Positions 1 to 9,513 are shown, counted from the first letter of the stretch. The stretch: DNA of 32,000 nt from Phycisphaera mikurensis NBRC 102666 (GCF_000284115.1 NC_017080.1:3750001-3782000), one strand, 5' to 3'. The notes: a model not told the origin generated them from the letters alone. A program made the numbers and translations.

Positions 1-390
1 TTCAGCCGCGTCGTCGCGCAGCTGCCCAGCTTCGACCAGGACCTCTCGGCCTTCGCGTCGTTCGACCTGGAGATCGAGCTCGCCGCCGGGTCGACGGGCA
101 TCGACAGCGTCTCGTCCTTCATCCAGACCGGGCCCGCCTTCACCTTCGAGCAGTCGGCCGCCGTGTCGCTCAGCCCCGGCGTGGCCGTGCCGGTCTCGCT
201 GGACTTCTCCGGCACCACCGGCGACCTCACCGCCGTCCGGCAGATCGGCCTGCAGTTCTTCGGCCCCGGCGGCGCCGCCGCGCCCGGCCAGGTCATCACG
301 ATCCGCCCGATCCCCGAGCCCGCCTCGCTGGCGACGCTGGGCGTCCTCGGCGGTGCGGCGTTGCTGCGTCGCCGGCGCCGCGGAGCCTGA
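1..390 (+). CDS. PEP-CTERM sorting domain protein, C-terminal part (5' end outside window)
   Basis: Frame open from base 1 to TGA at 390; ends ...[29 protein letters not shown], i.e. PEP motif + hydrophobic stretch + Arg cluster. Confidence 0.9.
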   Translation, partial: FSRVVAQLPSFDQDLSAFASFDLEIELAAGSTGIDSVSSFIQTGPAFTFEQSAAVSLSPGVAVPVSLDFSGTTGDLTAVRQIGLQFFGPGGAAAPGQVITIRPIPEPASLATLGVLGGAALLRRRRRGA

Positions 391-554
391 CCGTCCGCTT
401 CCCTGAGGGTCCCACCCGGCCCGCACCCGTTCGCCGTCGGCAAACGCCGCCGGCGCACCCTCGCCCCGCTCCCGTCCGCGTCCGCTTGTGCTCAAGCGGC
501 CAACCCCGCTCCCCCCGGCGCGCCTCCGCGGCGCGCCGCAGCCGCCGCTGTCCC

Positions 555-3500
555 ATGCGCCCCACCGCCCTGCTCCCTCGCGTCCTCGTCGCTCTGGCCG
601 CCGCCGGTCCCGTCGCGGCCGGCCCGGCTCTTCAAGCCACCGAGCCCGCCTTCGGCTGGGTGCCCGGCGTCCGCCTCGGCGGCGAGACCGTCTTCGACGA
701 GCTGAACCTCCGGCTCAACGAGGCCGGGGGCGGGGCGAGCCTGCTCCGCTTCCAGAACGCCACGGCGGACGCGGGCTCGACCGCCGCGGCACAGGCGAGC
801 GGACGTCTCCTCGACGCCGACGCCCGCTTCACCTGGTCGCTGGAGCGTGAGGCCGGGCCCGGCCTGCTGGACGGCCTGCGGATCCACCAGGCCATCGTGC
901 CCGGCGAAGACTTCCGCCGCGGCGACACCGTCACCCGCCTGCTGGTCCCCGCGGGGCTCGTCGCGGGCCGCCCGTGGCGGAAGGGCAACGGGGCCAACGA
1001 GGCCGGGGCCTTCCCGGAGTCGAAGCCGAGCGACGGGCACGTGCTGCTGGAGGGCTCGTCGGAGTGGATCGCCTGGCAGCTGCCCGATGCCCGATGGATC
1101 CGCGTCCGACCGGACGCGCCGTCGGTCATGCGGTGGCAGCTGCAGGACAACCGGGTCTTCGACGACGATCGTTTCGAGCTGCAGCTGTACGGCCGTGGCG
1201 GCGGCGGCATCGCGGCGGCCGGGACGCCCATCGACGTGCGCTACACGATCGACCTGATGGACGACGCGGCGCTGCAAGCCGCTTACGCCGCGCCGCCCGA
1301 AGCGCCGGCCGTCGACCGCGGCCCCGGCGTCGCGATGCTCGTGGGCGAAGGCCCGGCCGGGTTCCGGGGCCTCGAGCGGCTCGCCGGTGCCGACGCGGTG
1401 GCCGACCTCGTCGAGTTCCGCATCGACCTCGACGCCGACTACCAGAACCCCTTCGACCCGGAGGACGTGCGGCTCGACGCCGAGATCACCGGTCCCGACG
1501 GGCGAACCCGCACCGTGCCCGCCTTCTTCCAGGTCGGGTACGAGCGTGCGCTGCGCGGCGACGAGGAGGTGCTCATCGGCACCGGCGAGCACGGCTGGCG
1601 GCTTCGCTTCCGCCCGGACCGTCCCGGCACCCACAGCCTGCGGCTGAGCCTCGACGACGGCGAGAACGCGGTCCGCTCCACGCCGACGACCTTCCACGTG
1701 GACGGCCCCTTCACCCGCGCCGCGTTCATCCGCATCAGCCCCGAAAACCGCTTCGCCTTCGCCACCGCCGGCGGAGAGCCCTACGTGCCCATCGGCCTCA
1801 ACACCGCGTGGCCCGGCAGCGGCGGCACGCACGCGTACGACCGCTGGTGGGCGGACCTCGCCGACCACGGCGGCAACTTCGCGCGGATCTGGCTCGCCCC
1901 GACCTTCAACCGGCTCGGGCTGGAGCGTCCCGAGAAGGAGGGCGTGCCCTCCTCCGGCGTCGGGCGCATCGACCAGCAGGCCGCGGCCCGCGTCGACTAC
2001 CTGATGGAGCTCGCGGAGGCGAGAGGCATCCGCGTGATGATGTGCATCGAGAGCTTCGGCAACTTCCGCTCGGAAGCCAGCGGCTCCGGGCAGTGGTACG
2101 ACAGCCCCTACAACGCGGCGCACGGCGGACCGCTGACGCGGCCGCAGGAGGTGTTCACCGACGCGGAGGCGCAGCGGCTGTTCCGCAACCGGCTCCGCTA
2201 CCTCGTCGCCCGCTGGGGCCACAGCACCTCGGTGTTCGCTTGGGAGTTCTGGAACGAGGTCCTCTACACCGACGGCTACGAGCAGATGCTGCCGGAGATC
2301 ACCCGCTGGCACGCGGAGATGGCGGACTACCTCGGGCGGATCGATCCTTACGACCACCTCGTGACGACCAGCATCGGCGGCTCGGACGTCGACCCCGGCA
2401 TCGACGCGCTGCCCGGGATCGACCTCACGCAGAGCCACCTGTACGGCGTCGAGGACATCCCCGCCGCCATCCGCAGCGTCGCGTGGAGCAAGGCGGCACG
2501 CTTCGACAAGCCGCACCTCTTCGGCGAGTTCGGCACCGCGCAGGACCCGGAGGTCGTCAACGAGGACCCCGAAGGCCTGCACCTCCGCGAGATGCTCTGG
2601 TCGGCGATCTTCTCGCCGACGCCCGGCACGGCCATGGCGTGGTGGTGGGACCACTGGATCGAGCCCAACGATCTCTGGCACCTCTACGGGCCCGTCGCCG
2701 CCTTCACCGACGGCTTCGACGCGGCCGCCGGGGAGCTGCGTCAGGCCGACGGCACCGGCTTTGCGTTCCTCGGCCCGCCGCCGGCGCCCGACCCGGCGGT
2801 CGTCTCGGTCCGCGGCGGCTTCAAGAGCTGGAGGCCGAGCCCCTGGAACCAGCCCACGACCGTCGACGTGCACCCCGACGGCGGCTTCGAGGCCTCCAAC
2901 GACCTCGCCAGCGTGATGCACGGGGCGAACCACGAAGCCCTGCGTAACCCCGTGACGTTCAACGCGGAGTACCTCGCCGACGGCGTGTTCACCGTCGACG
3001 TGCAGGCGGTCTCCGGCCACGGCGGCGCCCACCTGAAGGTGTACGTCGACGGGACGCTGCGGCTGGACGCGCCCTTCCCCGACCCCGACGGCGACGGCGA
3101 CGCGGCCGCCGCCGACACCCAGCCGCTCGAGCAGCACAACGGCCGCTACAGCGTGCCGGTGCAGAAGGGTGCCCGCGAGATCGTCGTCGTCAACGACGGG
3201 CAGGACTGGATGACGCTCGCGTACGAGCTTGAAGGCGTGAACCTCCGCCAGCACCCGTGGCTCGTGGCCCACACCCTGGTCTCCGACGCCGCGCCCGCCG
3301 GCACGCCCGCGGTGCTCGGCTGGGTCCGCAGCCGCGAGGCCCGCTGGACGAACCGGCTCGCCGGAGCCGAGATCCGCCCGTGCCCCGCCAGCCGCCTGAC
3401 CCTGAGCGGGCTGCGGGACGGCGACTACGCCCTGGTCTGGATCGACACCGCGGACGGAGGCCGTTCCGGAGGCGGAACCGTCGCGGTCCGCGGCGGGACG

Positions 3501-3617
3501 GCGGAGATCGACCTGCCGGAGGTGGAGGTCGACCTCGCCTTCCGGCTCACCGCGGCGCCGGGGGCCGGCCCCCACCGCGACTCCCGAAGCTCCGGGCCAC
3601 GCGGCCGGATCCCCTGA
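555..3617 (+). CDS. Secreted DUF5060-like / GH5-like glycoside hydrolase
   Basis: Signal-peptide-like start at ATG 555 (MRPTALLPRVLVALAAAGPVAA); DUF5060-like segment (FNPFDPEDVRLDAEITGPDGRTRTVPAFFQ); barrel segment with WNEV and GEFG motifs typical of clan GH-A acid/base and nucleophile. ORF track start 486 is possible but the Met at 555 precedes the signal peptide. Confidence 0.75.
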   Translation: MRPTALLPRVLVALAAAGPVAAGPALQATEPAFGWVPGVRLGGETVFDELNLRLNEAGGGASLLRFQNATADAGSTAAAQASGRLLDADARFTWSLEREAGPGLLDGLRIHQAIVPGEDFRRGDTVTRLLVPAGLVAGRPWRKGNGANEAGAFPESKPSDGHVLLEGSSEWIAWQLPDARWIRVRPDAPSVMRWQLQDNRVFDDDRFELQLYGRGGGGIAAAGTPIDVRYTIDLMDDAALQAAYAAPPEAPAVDRGPGVAMLVGEGPAGFRGLERLAGADAVADLVEFRIDLDADYQNPFDPEDVRLDAEITGPDGRTRTVPAFFQVGYERALRGDEEVLIGTGEHGWRLRFRPDRPGTHSLRLSLDDGENAVRSTPTTFHVDGPFTRAAFIRISPENRFAFATAGGEPYVPIGLNTAWPGSGGTHAYDRWWADLADHGGNFARIWLAPTFNRLGLERPEKEGVPSSGVGRIDQQAAARVDYLMELAEARGIRVMMCIESFGNFRSEASGSGQWYDSPYNAAHGGPLTRPQEVFTDAEAQRLFRNRLRYLVARWGHSTSVFAWEFWNEVLYTDGYEQMLPEITRWHAEMADYLGRIDPYDHLVTTSIGGSDVDPGIDALPGIDLTQSHLYGVEDIPAAIRSVAWSKAARFDKPHLFGEFGTAQDPEVVNEDPEGLHLREMLWSAIFSPTPGTAMAWWWDHWIEPNDLWHLYGPVAAFTDGFDAAAGELRQADGTGFAFLGPPPAPDPAVVSVRGGFKSWRPSPWNQPTTVDVHPDGGFEASNDLASVMHGANHEALRNPVTFNAEYLADGVFTVDVQAVSGHGGAHLKVYVDGTLRLDAPFPDPDGDGDAAAADTQPLEQHNGRYSVPVQKGAREIVVVNDGQDWMTLAYELEGVNLRQHPWLVAHTLVSDAAPAGTPAVLGWVRSREARWTNRLAGAEIRPCPASRLTLSGLRDGDYALVWIDTADGGRSGGGTVAVRGGTAEIDLPEVEVDLAFRLTAAPGAGPHRDSRSSGPRGRIP

Positions 3618-3712
3618 GCCGGCCGCGTGGCTGGTTGCGGCCCGCGGGCAGAGCGGTCGCGAGCATCCCTTGACGGGCGCCCCGCGGGGCGACCCCGGGC
3701 GGGGGGGGGATC

Positions 3713-5491
3713 TCAGCTCCCGCTCAGCGCCGCGTGGATCTCCCGCAGGGTCTCCGCGGGGATCTTCTGCACGCGTCGGTCGTAGGTGAGCAGGCCGTTG
3801 ATCTCCTCCTCCACGTCGCTGGTCTGCGTGTAGATCCCGGCGGAGAGCCCGCGGCTGCGCAGCGCCGCGAGCTCCTCGATCGATGCGCGGTAGCGCGAGA
3901 CGAGCTCCTCACGATCGGCGGGGAGGTCGCCGTAACCCCAGTTCCGCGGGCCGAGGCTCCAGAGGTGGCCGTCGATCGGCAGGCCGTGCCCGCCGAACTC
4001 GCCGACGACCGCGACGAAGCCGGCCATCCGCGGGTCGTCGAAGTCGAAGTACGGCTCGGGGTAGCGGTGCGCGTCGGCGACGTCGCCGACGGGGAAGAAG
4101 TTGCCGCCGCTGGCGATGTTCAGGGCACGCGAGGGGTCCCGGGCGGCGGTCCAGGCGCCGACGCGCTCGGACGCGTGCTGGCCCCAGGCCTCGTTGAAGG
4201 GCACCCAGACGGCCACGCAGGGGTGGGCGTCGAGGTGGTCCACGAGCCCCGCCCACTGCTCCATCCAGAAGGCATGCTCGGGCTCGGGCCACGCGGCGTC
4301 GCCCCCCGGCTCCGGCACCGCGGCGTCCGGTCCCTGCCGGTGGGGGATCCACGCCGGGCTCGGCCCGCCGGAGGGCTGGTCCTGCCAGACCAGAATCCCC
4401 AAGCGGTCGCAGGCGGCGTAGAAGGCCTGCGGCTCGACCTTCACGTGCTTGCGGATCGTGTTGAAGCCGGCGGCCTTCGCGAACTCGACGTCGGAGACCA
4501 ACGCCTCCACCGAGGGCGGGCAGAGCAGCCCGTCGGGCCACCAGCCCTGGTCGAGCGGGCCGAAGTGCAGGAGCGGCTGCCCGTTGAGCGTGAGGCGGGG
4601 GCGGCCGGACGCGTCGGGGGCGGTGCCCAGCTCGCGGAGGCCGGTGTGCGAGGCGACGCGGTCGACGGCGGCGCCGTCGGCGTCGAGCAGCTCGACCCGC
4701 AGGGCGTAGAGGGTGGGCGTGTCCGGCGTCCACAGGCGGGGCGAGGGGATCTGCAGCGCGACCTCCCCGCCCGGCACGGTTGCCCCGGCGGAGGCCACCT
4801 CCGCTCCGCCGAGCAAGGCGGTGACGCGCAGGCGCAGGCTCCCCGGTGCAGCGGGCGTGCCGCCGAGTTTTGGTTCGACCGTCACCGCCCCGCTGCACGC
4901 CGCCCGCACGCTCAGCCGCTCGATGAAGGTGTCCGGCACCCACTCCAGCCACACGCTCTGCCAGATCCCCGACACCCGGCTGTAGTGGATGCGACCCGGC
5001 TGGAGCGTTTGCTTGCCCTTGAGCTGGAAGCCGCCGGTCGCGTCGCGCATCTCCACCCGCAGGCGGTTCTCGCCCGCGACGGCCGCCGCGGTGGCGTCGA
5101 AGCAGAAGGGCAGGTTCCCGCCGCGGTGCCCGCCGAGCGGTTGGTCGTTCAGCCAGACGGAGCAGTCGTGGTCGACGGCGTCGAAGTGGAGCCGGAGCCG
5201 CCCGTCCGGCGGCGCGTCGAGCGTGAAGCTCCGCCGACAGTGCAGCGTCTCGTCCGGACCCAGCGGCCGCTGCACGCCCGACAGCCGCGACTCGATGGGG
5301 AAGGGCACGCGGATCCTCCCGCTCCAGGCTTCGGGCGCGCCCGGGTCGCCGCCGGTCACCCGGCCCTCCCACCAGCCGTTCAGCGTCCGCCACCTCTCGC
5401 GCCGGAGCATCGGTCGCGGGTGGTCCGGCCAGGGGATCGCGTCGGGATCGGCGAGCAGGGCGTCGCCCCAGGCGGTGGTGAGCGTCGGCAT
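3713..5491 (-). CDS. Glycoside hydrolase family 2-like protein (sugar-binding, Ig-like and barrel domains)
   Basis: 592 aa; N-terminal jelly-roll-like region, VWVPFNEAWGQ (acid/base NE) and VVGEFGGHG (nucleophile E) motifs, WQDQPSGG; no clear signal peptide. Confidence 0.85.
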   Translation of the reverse strand: MPTLTTAWGDALLADPDAIPWPDHPRPMLRRERWRTLNGWWEGRVTGGDPGAPEAWSGRIRVPFPIESRLSGVQRPLGPDETLHCRRSFTLDAPPDGRLRLHFDAVDHDCSVWLNDQPLGGHRGGNLPFCFDATAAAVAGENRLRVEMRDATGGFQLKGKQTLQPGRIHYSRVSGIWQSVWLEWVPDTFIERLSVRAACSGAVTVEPKLGGTPAAPGSLRLRVTALLGGAEVASAGATVPGGEVALQIPSPRLWTPDTPTLYALRVELLDADGAAVDRVASHTGLRELGTAPDASGRPRLTLNGQPLLHFGPLDQGWWPDGLLCPPSVEALVSDVEFAKAAGFNTIRKHVKVEPQAFYAACDRLGILVWQDQPSGGPSPAWIPHRQGPDAAVPEPGGDAAWPEPEHAFWMEQWAGLVDHLDAHPCVAVWVPFNEAWGQHASERVGAWTAARDPSRALNIASGGNFFPVGDVADAHRYPEPYFDFDDPRMAGFVAVVGEFGGHGLPIDGHLWSLGPRNWGYGDLPADREELVSRYRASIEELAALRSRGLSAGIYTQTSDVEEEINGLLTYDRRVQKIPAETLREIHAALSGS

Positions 5492-5530
5492 CGGGGCAGC
5501 TTGACAAACCGACCGGCTCTACGATCCGGC

Positions 5531-6568
5531 ATGCAGGACCTCCTCATCGTCGGCGCGGGCCCCATCGGCATCGAGCTCGCCGCGGCGCTCACGCGCTCGG
5601 GCCTGAGCGTCGGCCACGTCGAGGCCGGGGCCCTCGCCCAGACCGTCGTCGACTACCCCAAGCGGACGCGCTACTTCTCCAGCCCCGACCGCATCGCGAT
5701 CGCGGGTGTGCCGCTGGTGACCTTCAACAACGAGAAGGCGCTGCGGGAGGAGTACCTCGCGTACCTGCGGGGCGTGGTGACCCGCTACGACCTGCCGATC
5801 GCGTACGGCGTGCGCGTCGAGGCGATCCGGCCCGTTCCCGAGGCCGACGGCGGTGGCTTCCGCGTCGAGACCTCCGCCGGCGTCCGCGAGGCCAAGCGGG
5901 TGGTGCTCGCGATCGGCGACATGCACGGCTTCCGCCGCATCGGCTGCCCGGGCGAGGACCTGCCGCACGTGAGCCACCGCCTCGACGAGCCGCACCTGCA
6001 CTTCCGGCGGCGGCTGCTGATCGTCGGCGGGAAGAACTCCGCCGCCGAGGCGGCGCTCCGCTGCCACCACGCGGGGGCGGAGGTGACGCTCTCCTACCGG
6101 CAGGCCGCCTTCGACGAGGACGCGATCAAGTATTGGGTTCTGCCCGAGCTCAAGGCGCTCATCCGCCACCGGAAGATCCACTTCCTGCCGAACACCGAGG
6201 TCGCCTCGCTGCACGAAGGCCACGCCGTGCTGCGCTCCAACGTGCAGGACCAGCAGACCCGCGTCCGCGCCGACAGCGTGCTGCTGCTCACCGGCTACGT
6301 GCAGGACAAGACGCTGTTCGAGACCGCCGGCGTCAGGCTCGAGGGCGAGAACCACGCGCCCGCGCTCGACAAAGACACAATGGAAACCAACGTCCCCGGC
6401 CTGTACGTCGCGGGGACCGCGGCGGCGGGCACGCAGAACGCGTTCCAGCTGTTCATCGAGAACTGCCACCGGCACGTGGAGAAGATCGTGCGGCACGTCA
6501 CGGGCGAGCCGGTGGCGGAGGGCGTGGTGAACCAGGCGGCGCAGACGTACGGGCTGGCGGAGAGTTGA
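5531..6568 (+). CDS. YpdA-like FAD/NAD(P)-dependent (putative bacillithiol disulfide) reductase
   Basis: MQDLLIVGAGPIGIELAAALTRSGLSVGHVEAG Rossmann motif, second Rossmann segment LLIVGGKNSAAEAALRCHHAGAEVTLSYR, ends with GLYVAGTAAAGTQNAFQLFIENCHRH as in the YpdA family. The long upstream ORF extension is antisense to the GH2 gene. Confidence 0.8.
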   Translation: MQDLLIVGAGPIGIELAAALTRSGLSVGHVEAGALAQTVVDYPKRTRYFSSPDRIAIAGVPLVTFNNEKALREEYLAYLRGVVTRYDLPIAYGVRVEAIRPVPEADGGGFRVETSAGVREAKRVVLAIGDMHGFRRIGCPGEDLPHVSHRLDEPHLHFRRRLLIVGGKNSAAEAALRCHHAGAEVTLSYRQAAFDEDAIKYWVLPELKALIRHRKIHFLPNTEVASLHEGHAVLRSNVQDQQTRVRADSVLLLTGYVQDKTLFETAGVRLEGENHAPALDKDTMETNVPGLYVAGTAAAGTQNAFQLFIENCHRHVEKIVRHVTGEPVAEGVVNQAAQTYGLAES

Positions 6569-6655
6569 GGGGCGCTGCGGGTCGGGTCGCTGCGCTCCAA
6601 CGCGAAGAAGGAGAAGGCGCGGTGGCCGCGAAAGGGGGCCGTGCGTGCTCCGGAT

Positions 6656-6702
6656 CCGCGGACCGTCGGCCCGCATGGCCGGATCCGGCGACGGTCCGCG
6701 GG
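6656..6702. repeat. Intergenic palindromic element copy A (47 bp)
   Basis: CCGCGGACCG...CGGTCCGCGG; flanks extend the stem (GGATCCGCGGACCGTCG / CGACGGTCCGCGGGTTCC). Confidence 0.75.
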
Positions 6703-6720
6703 TTCCGTGGCTCGCACGGT

Positions 6721-6724
6721 CTAG
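6721..6724. repeat. Target site duplication (left), CTAG
   Basis: CTAG directly outside the left inverted repeat; matches CTAG at 8156-8159. Confidence 0.8.
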
Positions 6725-8155
6725 CAGGCCGCTGCAGAAACCCACTGCCGGATCGTTGGCTTGAGGCACGGGGGTTGTCTGCGAATTCGTCGGCCAGCGG
6801 CGGGTGATCCGCCGCATCGTCGGGGGATTTTCAGCCGCTCGAACGGCGGCAGCACGGTGGGATCACCCACCGATCCAGCCATCGGCCTCTACGCCGCCAT
6901 CAGGTTCCTCAGCCTCACCAGCGTCAGCCCCGCCGCGGCGATGTGCCACTGCTGTTGGATCCGCTTTCGACCCACCAGACGCGCCTTGCTCAAGAGTGCG
7001 TGGCTCTTCAACCAGCCAAACGGCTCCTCCACTTTCTTGCGTTTCCGCTGGCTGATCGCGTAGCCGCGGTCCCGCAGCTTCCGCCGGAAGTTGCGGAGCC
7101 TGGCCGCCAGTTTCGGCCGGTCCGCCTTCTTCGGCCCCCTCCGCCCGCCGGGCCGACGCTCGCGGCTGGGGGCAACGTGCGGGGTCGCCCCCCGGTCTTC
7201 GAGCTCGCGAAGAAACGCGCCGGCGTCGTAGCCGGCGTCGGCTCCGACCGTGCGGGCGCTGATCCCGTGGGTCGTCTTGAGCGTGTCGACCAGTTCCAGG
7301 GCCGTCTCCCGCTCAGCGAAGCCGTTGGCCTCGGAGAGCTTCATCCCCACGATGATGCCGCTGCGGTTGTCCACCAGCAGGTGGCCCATGTGCGAGAGCT
7401 TGGCGGGCTGGCCGTCGCCCTTGCGGTAGAGCTTGGCCTCCGGATCGGTCACGCTGCGGTGCGTGGCGTTGCTGCGCTTCTGGCCGTGGAAGTCTTGCTC
7501 GGGGTTGCGGCTCTTGAAGCCACCGGTGCCGCCGGGACCCTTGTCGTGGTCCTGATCGTCGCCGCCGCAGTGCTGCTTGCGGGCTTGAGCGGCATCGGCG
7601 GTGGCGTTGGGCACGAAGCTCTTGATGGAGCCGTGGCTCTCGATGAGCGTGCCGTCGACGCTGAAGTGCTCGGTGGAGACCTTGCCCGTGTCGATGGCCA
7701 GCTTGGTGACGGCGGTGAAGAACTTCTCGGCGAGCTTGTGCTTGATCAGCCGGTCGCGGTTGTGGGTGAAGGCGGTGGCGGCGGGGACCGGCTCGGCGGG
7801 GTCCATGCCGCAGAACCACCGGAACACCAGGTCGGTGTCGAGGCGGTCGAAGAGCTTGGCTTCGCTGGAGACGCCGTAGAGCGCCTGCAAGAGCATGAGC
7901 TTGAGCAGCCGCTCAGGCGGGACACCTGGGCGGCCCACGTCGGCGTAGGCCGCGTCGAAGTCGGCGGTCATGTCGCCGAGGATGCGGTCGACGATCCGGC
8001 GAATCGGCCGCAGCGGGTGGTCGGGGCGGATGCGTTCTTCGAGGTCGATCGCGAAGAACATCGGGGACGAGGAAGCGACGCGGCCACGCATGAGAAGGCT
8101 CCTGAGGAAGAAGCCTCAGAAGTTAGCGCCATGGACAGGGTTTTGCAGCGGCCTG
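6725..8155 (-). mobile_element. IS5-like insertion sequence, 1431 bp, with terminal inverted repeats and 4-bp CTAG target duplication
   Basis: Left end CAGGCCGCTGCAGAAACCC (6725-) and reverse complement of right end CAGGCCGCTGCAAAACCC (-8155) match with one small indel; CTAG at 6721-6724 and 8156-8159; contains one full-length transposase ORF. Confidence 0.9.
6889..8091 (-). CDS. IS5-family (DUF772/DDE) transposase
   Basis: 400 aa; DHPLRPIRRIVD...GRPGVPPERLLKLMLLQALYGVSSEAKLFDRLDTDLVFRWFCG N-terminus, HFSVDGTLIESH, GMKLSEANGFAERETALELVDTL, ADAGYDAGAF DDE-type motifs. Confidence 0.93.
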   Translation of the reverse strand: MRGRVASSSPMFFAIDLEERIRPDHPLRPIRRIVDRILGDMTADFDAAYADVGRPGVPPERLLKLMLLQALYGVSSEAKLFDRLDTDLVFRWFCGMDPAEPVPAATAFTHNRDRLIKHKLAEKFFTAVTKLAIDTGKVSTEHFSVDGTLIESHGSIKSFVPNATADAAQARKQHCGGDDQDHDKGPGGTGGFKSRNPEQDFHGQKRSNATHRSVTDPEAKLYRKGDGQPAKLSHMGHLLVDNRSGIIVGMKLSEANGFAERETALELVDTLKTTHGISARTVGADAGYDAGAFLRELEDRGATPHVAPSRERRPGGRRGPKKADRPKLAARLRNFRRKLRDRGYAISQRKRKKVEEPFGWLKSHALLSKARLVGRKRIQQQWHIAAAGLTLVRLRNLMAA

Positions 8156-8159
8156 CTAG
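8156..8159. repeat. Target site duplication (right), CTAG
   Basis: CTAG directly outside the right inverted repeat. Confidence 0.8.
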
Positions 8160-8190
8160 AGCCGTGCACCACCGCCGCGCCGGGACGGTG

Positions 8191-9513
8191 CTACGAGCGG
8201 CCGCGGCCGGCGCCGGCGAAGCGGTGCCAGGCGACGCCCACGGAGCCGACGGCCAGGGCGGTGGCCCAGCTCCACACCGGGAGCGTGAAAGCGAGGCCGG
8301 TGCAGCCGAGCAGGCCGAGCCAGGAGACCGCCCGGGGGAAGCGGCGGTCTCTGCGCGGGAGCCGCAGGGCCGCCGCGTTCGTGACCGCGTAGTAGGCGAG
8401 CACGGCCGCGGCGGAGAGCGTCCAGGCGAGGGGAACCGAGCCGAAGAGCACGAGCAGGCCGACGCCGATCGCGACCGCGACGACGGCGGGGCCGGGGGTG
8501 GTGCCCGCGGCGTCCACCCGGGCGAGCTTCCTGGGCAGGTCGCCGGTGCGGCCCATCGCGAGCACCACGCGGGAGAGGCCGAGCAGGAGGTTCATGAGCA
8601 CGCCGACCATCGCGACGCCGGCGCCGAGGATCAGCAGGAGGCGGGCCGCCACGCGGAGGCCGTGCGGCTCGAAAGGATCGCCCGCCATCATGAGCGTCGT
8701 GAGCAGCGTCGGGCCGCCTGCGCGTCCCACCGCGGCGAAGGCGTCGAAGCCGACCGCGTGCGAGGCCGCGGCCGCGACGGCGCCGTACAGCAGGATCGTC
8801 ACGCCCAGCGTCCAGCCGACCGCACGCGGAATCGTCCGCCGCGGGTCCTCGACCTCCTCCGCCAGCGTCGCGATGCGGCCGTACCCGGTGTAGGCGACGA
8901 ACACGAGCGCGACCGCGGCGGCGAGGCCGGCCGCGGGCGTCGGGTCCGGCGGCACCCAAGCCTCCTTCTGGTGCCAGGTCGGGCCGATCCGGACGACCGC
9001 GACGCAGAACGCCAGCAGCGACAGCACCGTGAGCCCCACGATCCCCGCGTTCACCGCCACCGACCGCCGGATCCCCTGCAGCACCACCGCCGCGAGCATC
9101 CCGACCAGCCCGAGCCCGAGCGCGGCCTCCAGCCCGCGGCCGCCCGCGTCGGGCGCGACGAAGGACAGCCCGTACGCCGCCGCCGCCAGCGCCGCCGCCG
9201 AGGCGCTCGCGCCCTTGGCCGCCAGGAACCACGCCCCCGCCGCCGCGCCCAGCCAGGGTGTGAGGTACGCCCGCCCGTACGCGTAGGTGCCGCCCGCCAC
9301 CGGGTGTGCCGCCGCGAGCTGCGCCGAGGAGAGCGCGTTGCACAGCGCCAGCCCCCCCGCGAGCACGATCGCCAGCGTCAGCTCCGCCCCGCTGCCGACC
9401 TCCGCCGCCGCGAGCCCGAGCCCGACGAAGACGCCGGTGCCGACCATCGACCCCAGCCCCAGCAGGACCGCGCCGGGGAGGCCGACCCGGCGGCGGAGTG
9501 GCGTCGCGTTCAT
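8191..9513 (-). CDS. APC-family amino acid permease
   Basis: MNATPLRRRVGLPGAVLLGLGSMVGTGVFVGLG..., multiple hydrophobic helices, ending near VGSVGVAWHRFAGAGRGRS. ORF start 9543 also possible; Met at 9513 fits the family better. Confidence 0.85.
   Translation of the reverse strand: MNATPLRRRVGLPGAVLLGLGSMVGTGVFVGLGLAAAEVGSGAELTLAIVLAGGLALCNALSSAQLAAAHPVAGGTYAYGRAYLTPWLGAAAGAWFLAAKGASASAAALAAAAYGLSFVAPDAGGRGLEAALGLGLVGMLAAVVLQGIRRSVAVNAGIVGLTVLSLLAFCVAVVRIGPTWHQKEAWVPPDPTPAAGLAAAVALVFVAYTGYGRIATLAEEVEDPRRTIPRAVGWTLGVTILLYGAVAAAASHAVGFDAFAAVGRAGGPTLLTTLMMAGDPFEPHGLRVAARLLLILGAGVAMVGVLMNLLLGLSRVVLAMGRTGDLPRKLARVDAAGTTPGPAVVAVAIGVGLLVLFGSVPLAWTLSAAAVLAYYAVTNAAALRLPRRDRRFPRAVSWLGLLGCTGLAFTLPVWSWATALAVGSVGVAWHRFAGAGRGRS

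Noticed and set aside
3481-3505. Single CGCGGTCCGCGG inside the GH5-like gene
   Set aside because: Only one arm is present and it lies in coding sequence in an AVRGG context; not counted as a copy of the palindromic family.
492-3575. 1027-aa minus-strand ORF
   Set aside because: Shadow frame of the DUF5060/GH5-like gene, low-complexity composition.
3678-3691. 14-bp palindrome CGCCCCGCGGGGCG in the gap between convergent genes
   Set aside because: Plausible as a terminator stem but has essentially no loop and could occur by chance in this composition; not listed as a feature.
3734-5530. N-terminal extension of the YpdA-like ORF (3734..6568)
   Set aside because: The first ~600 residues are antisense to the GH2 gene; the family-typical start MQDLLIVGAGPIG is at 5531.
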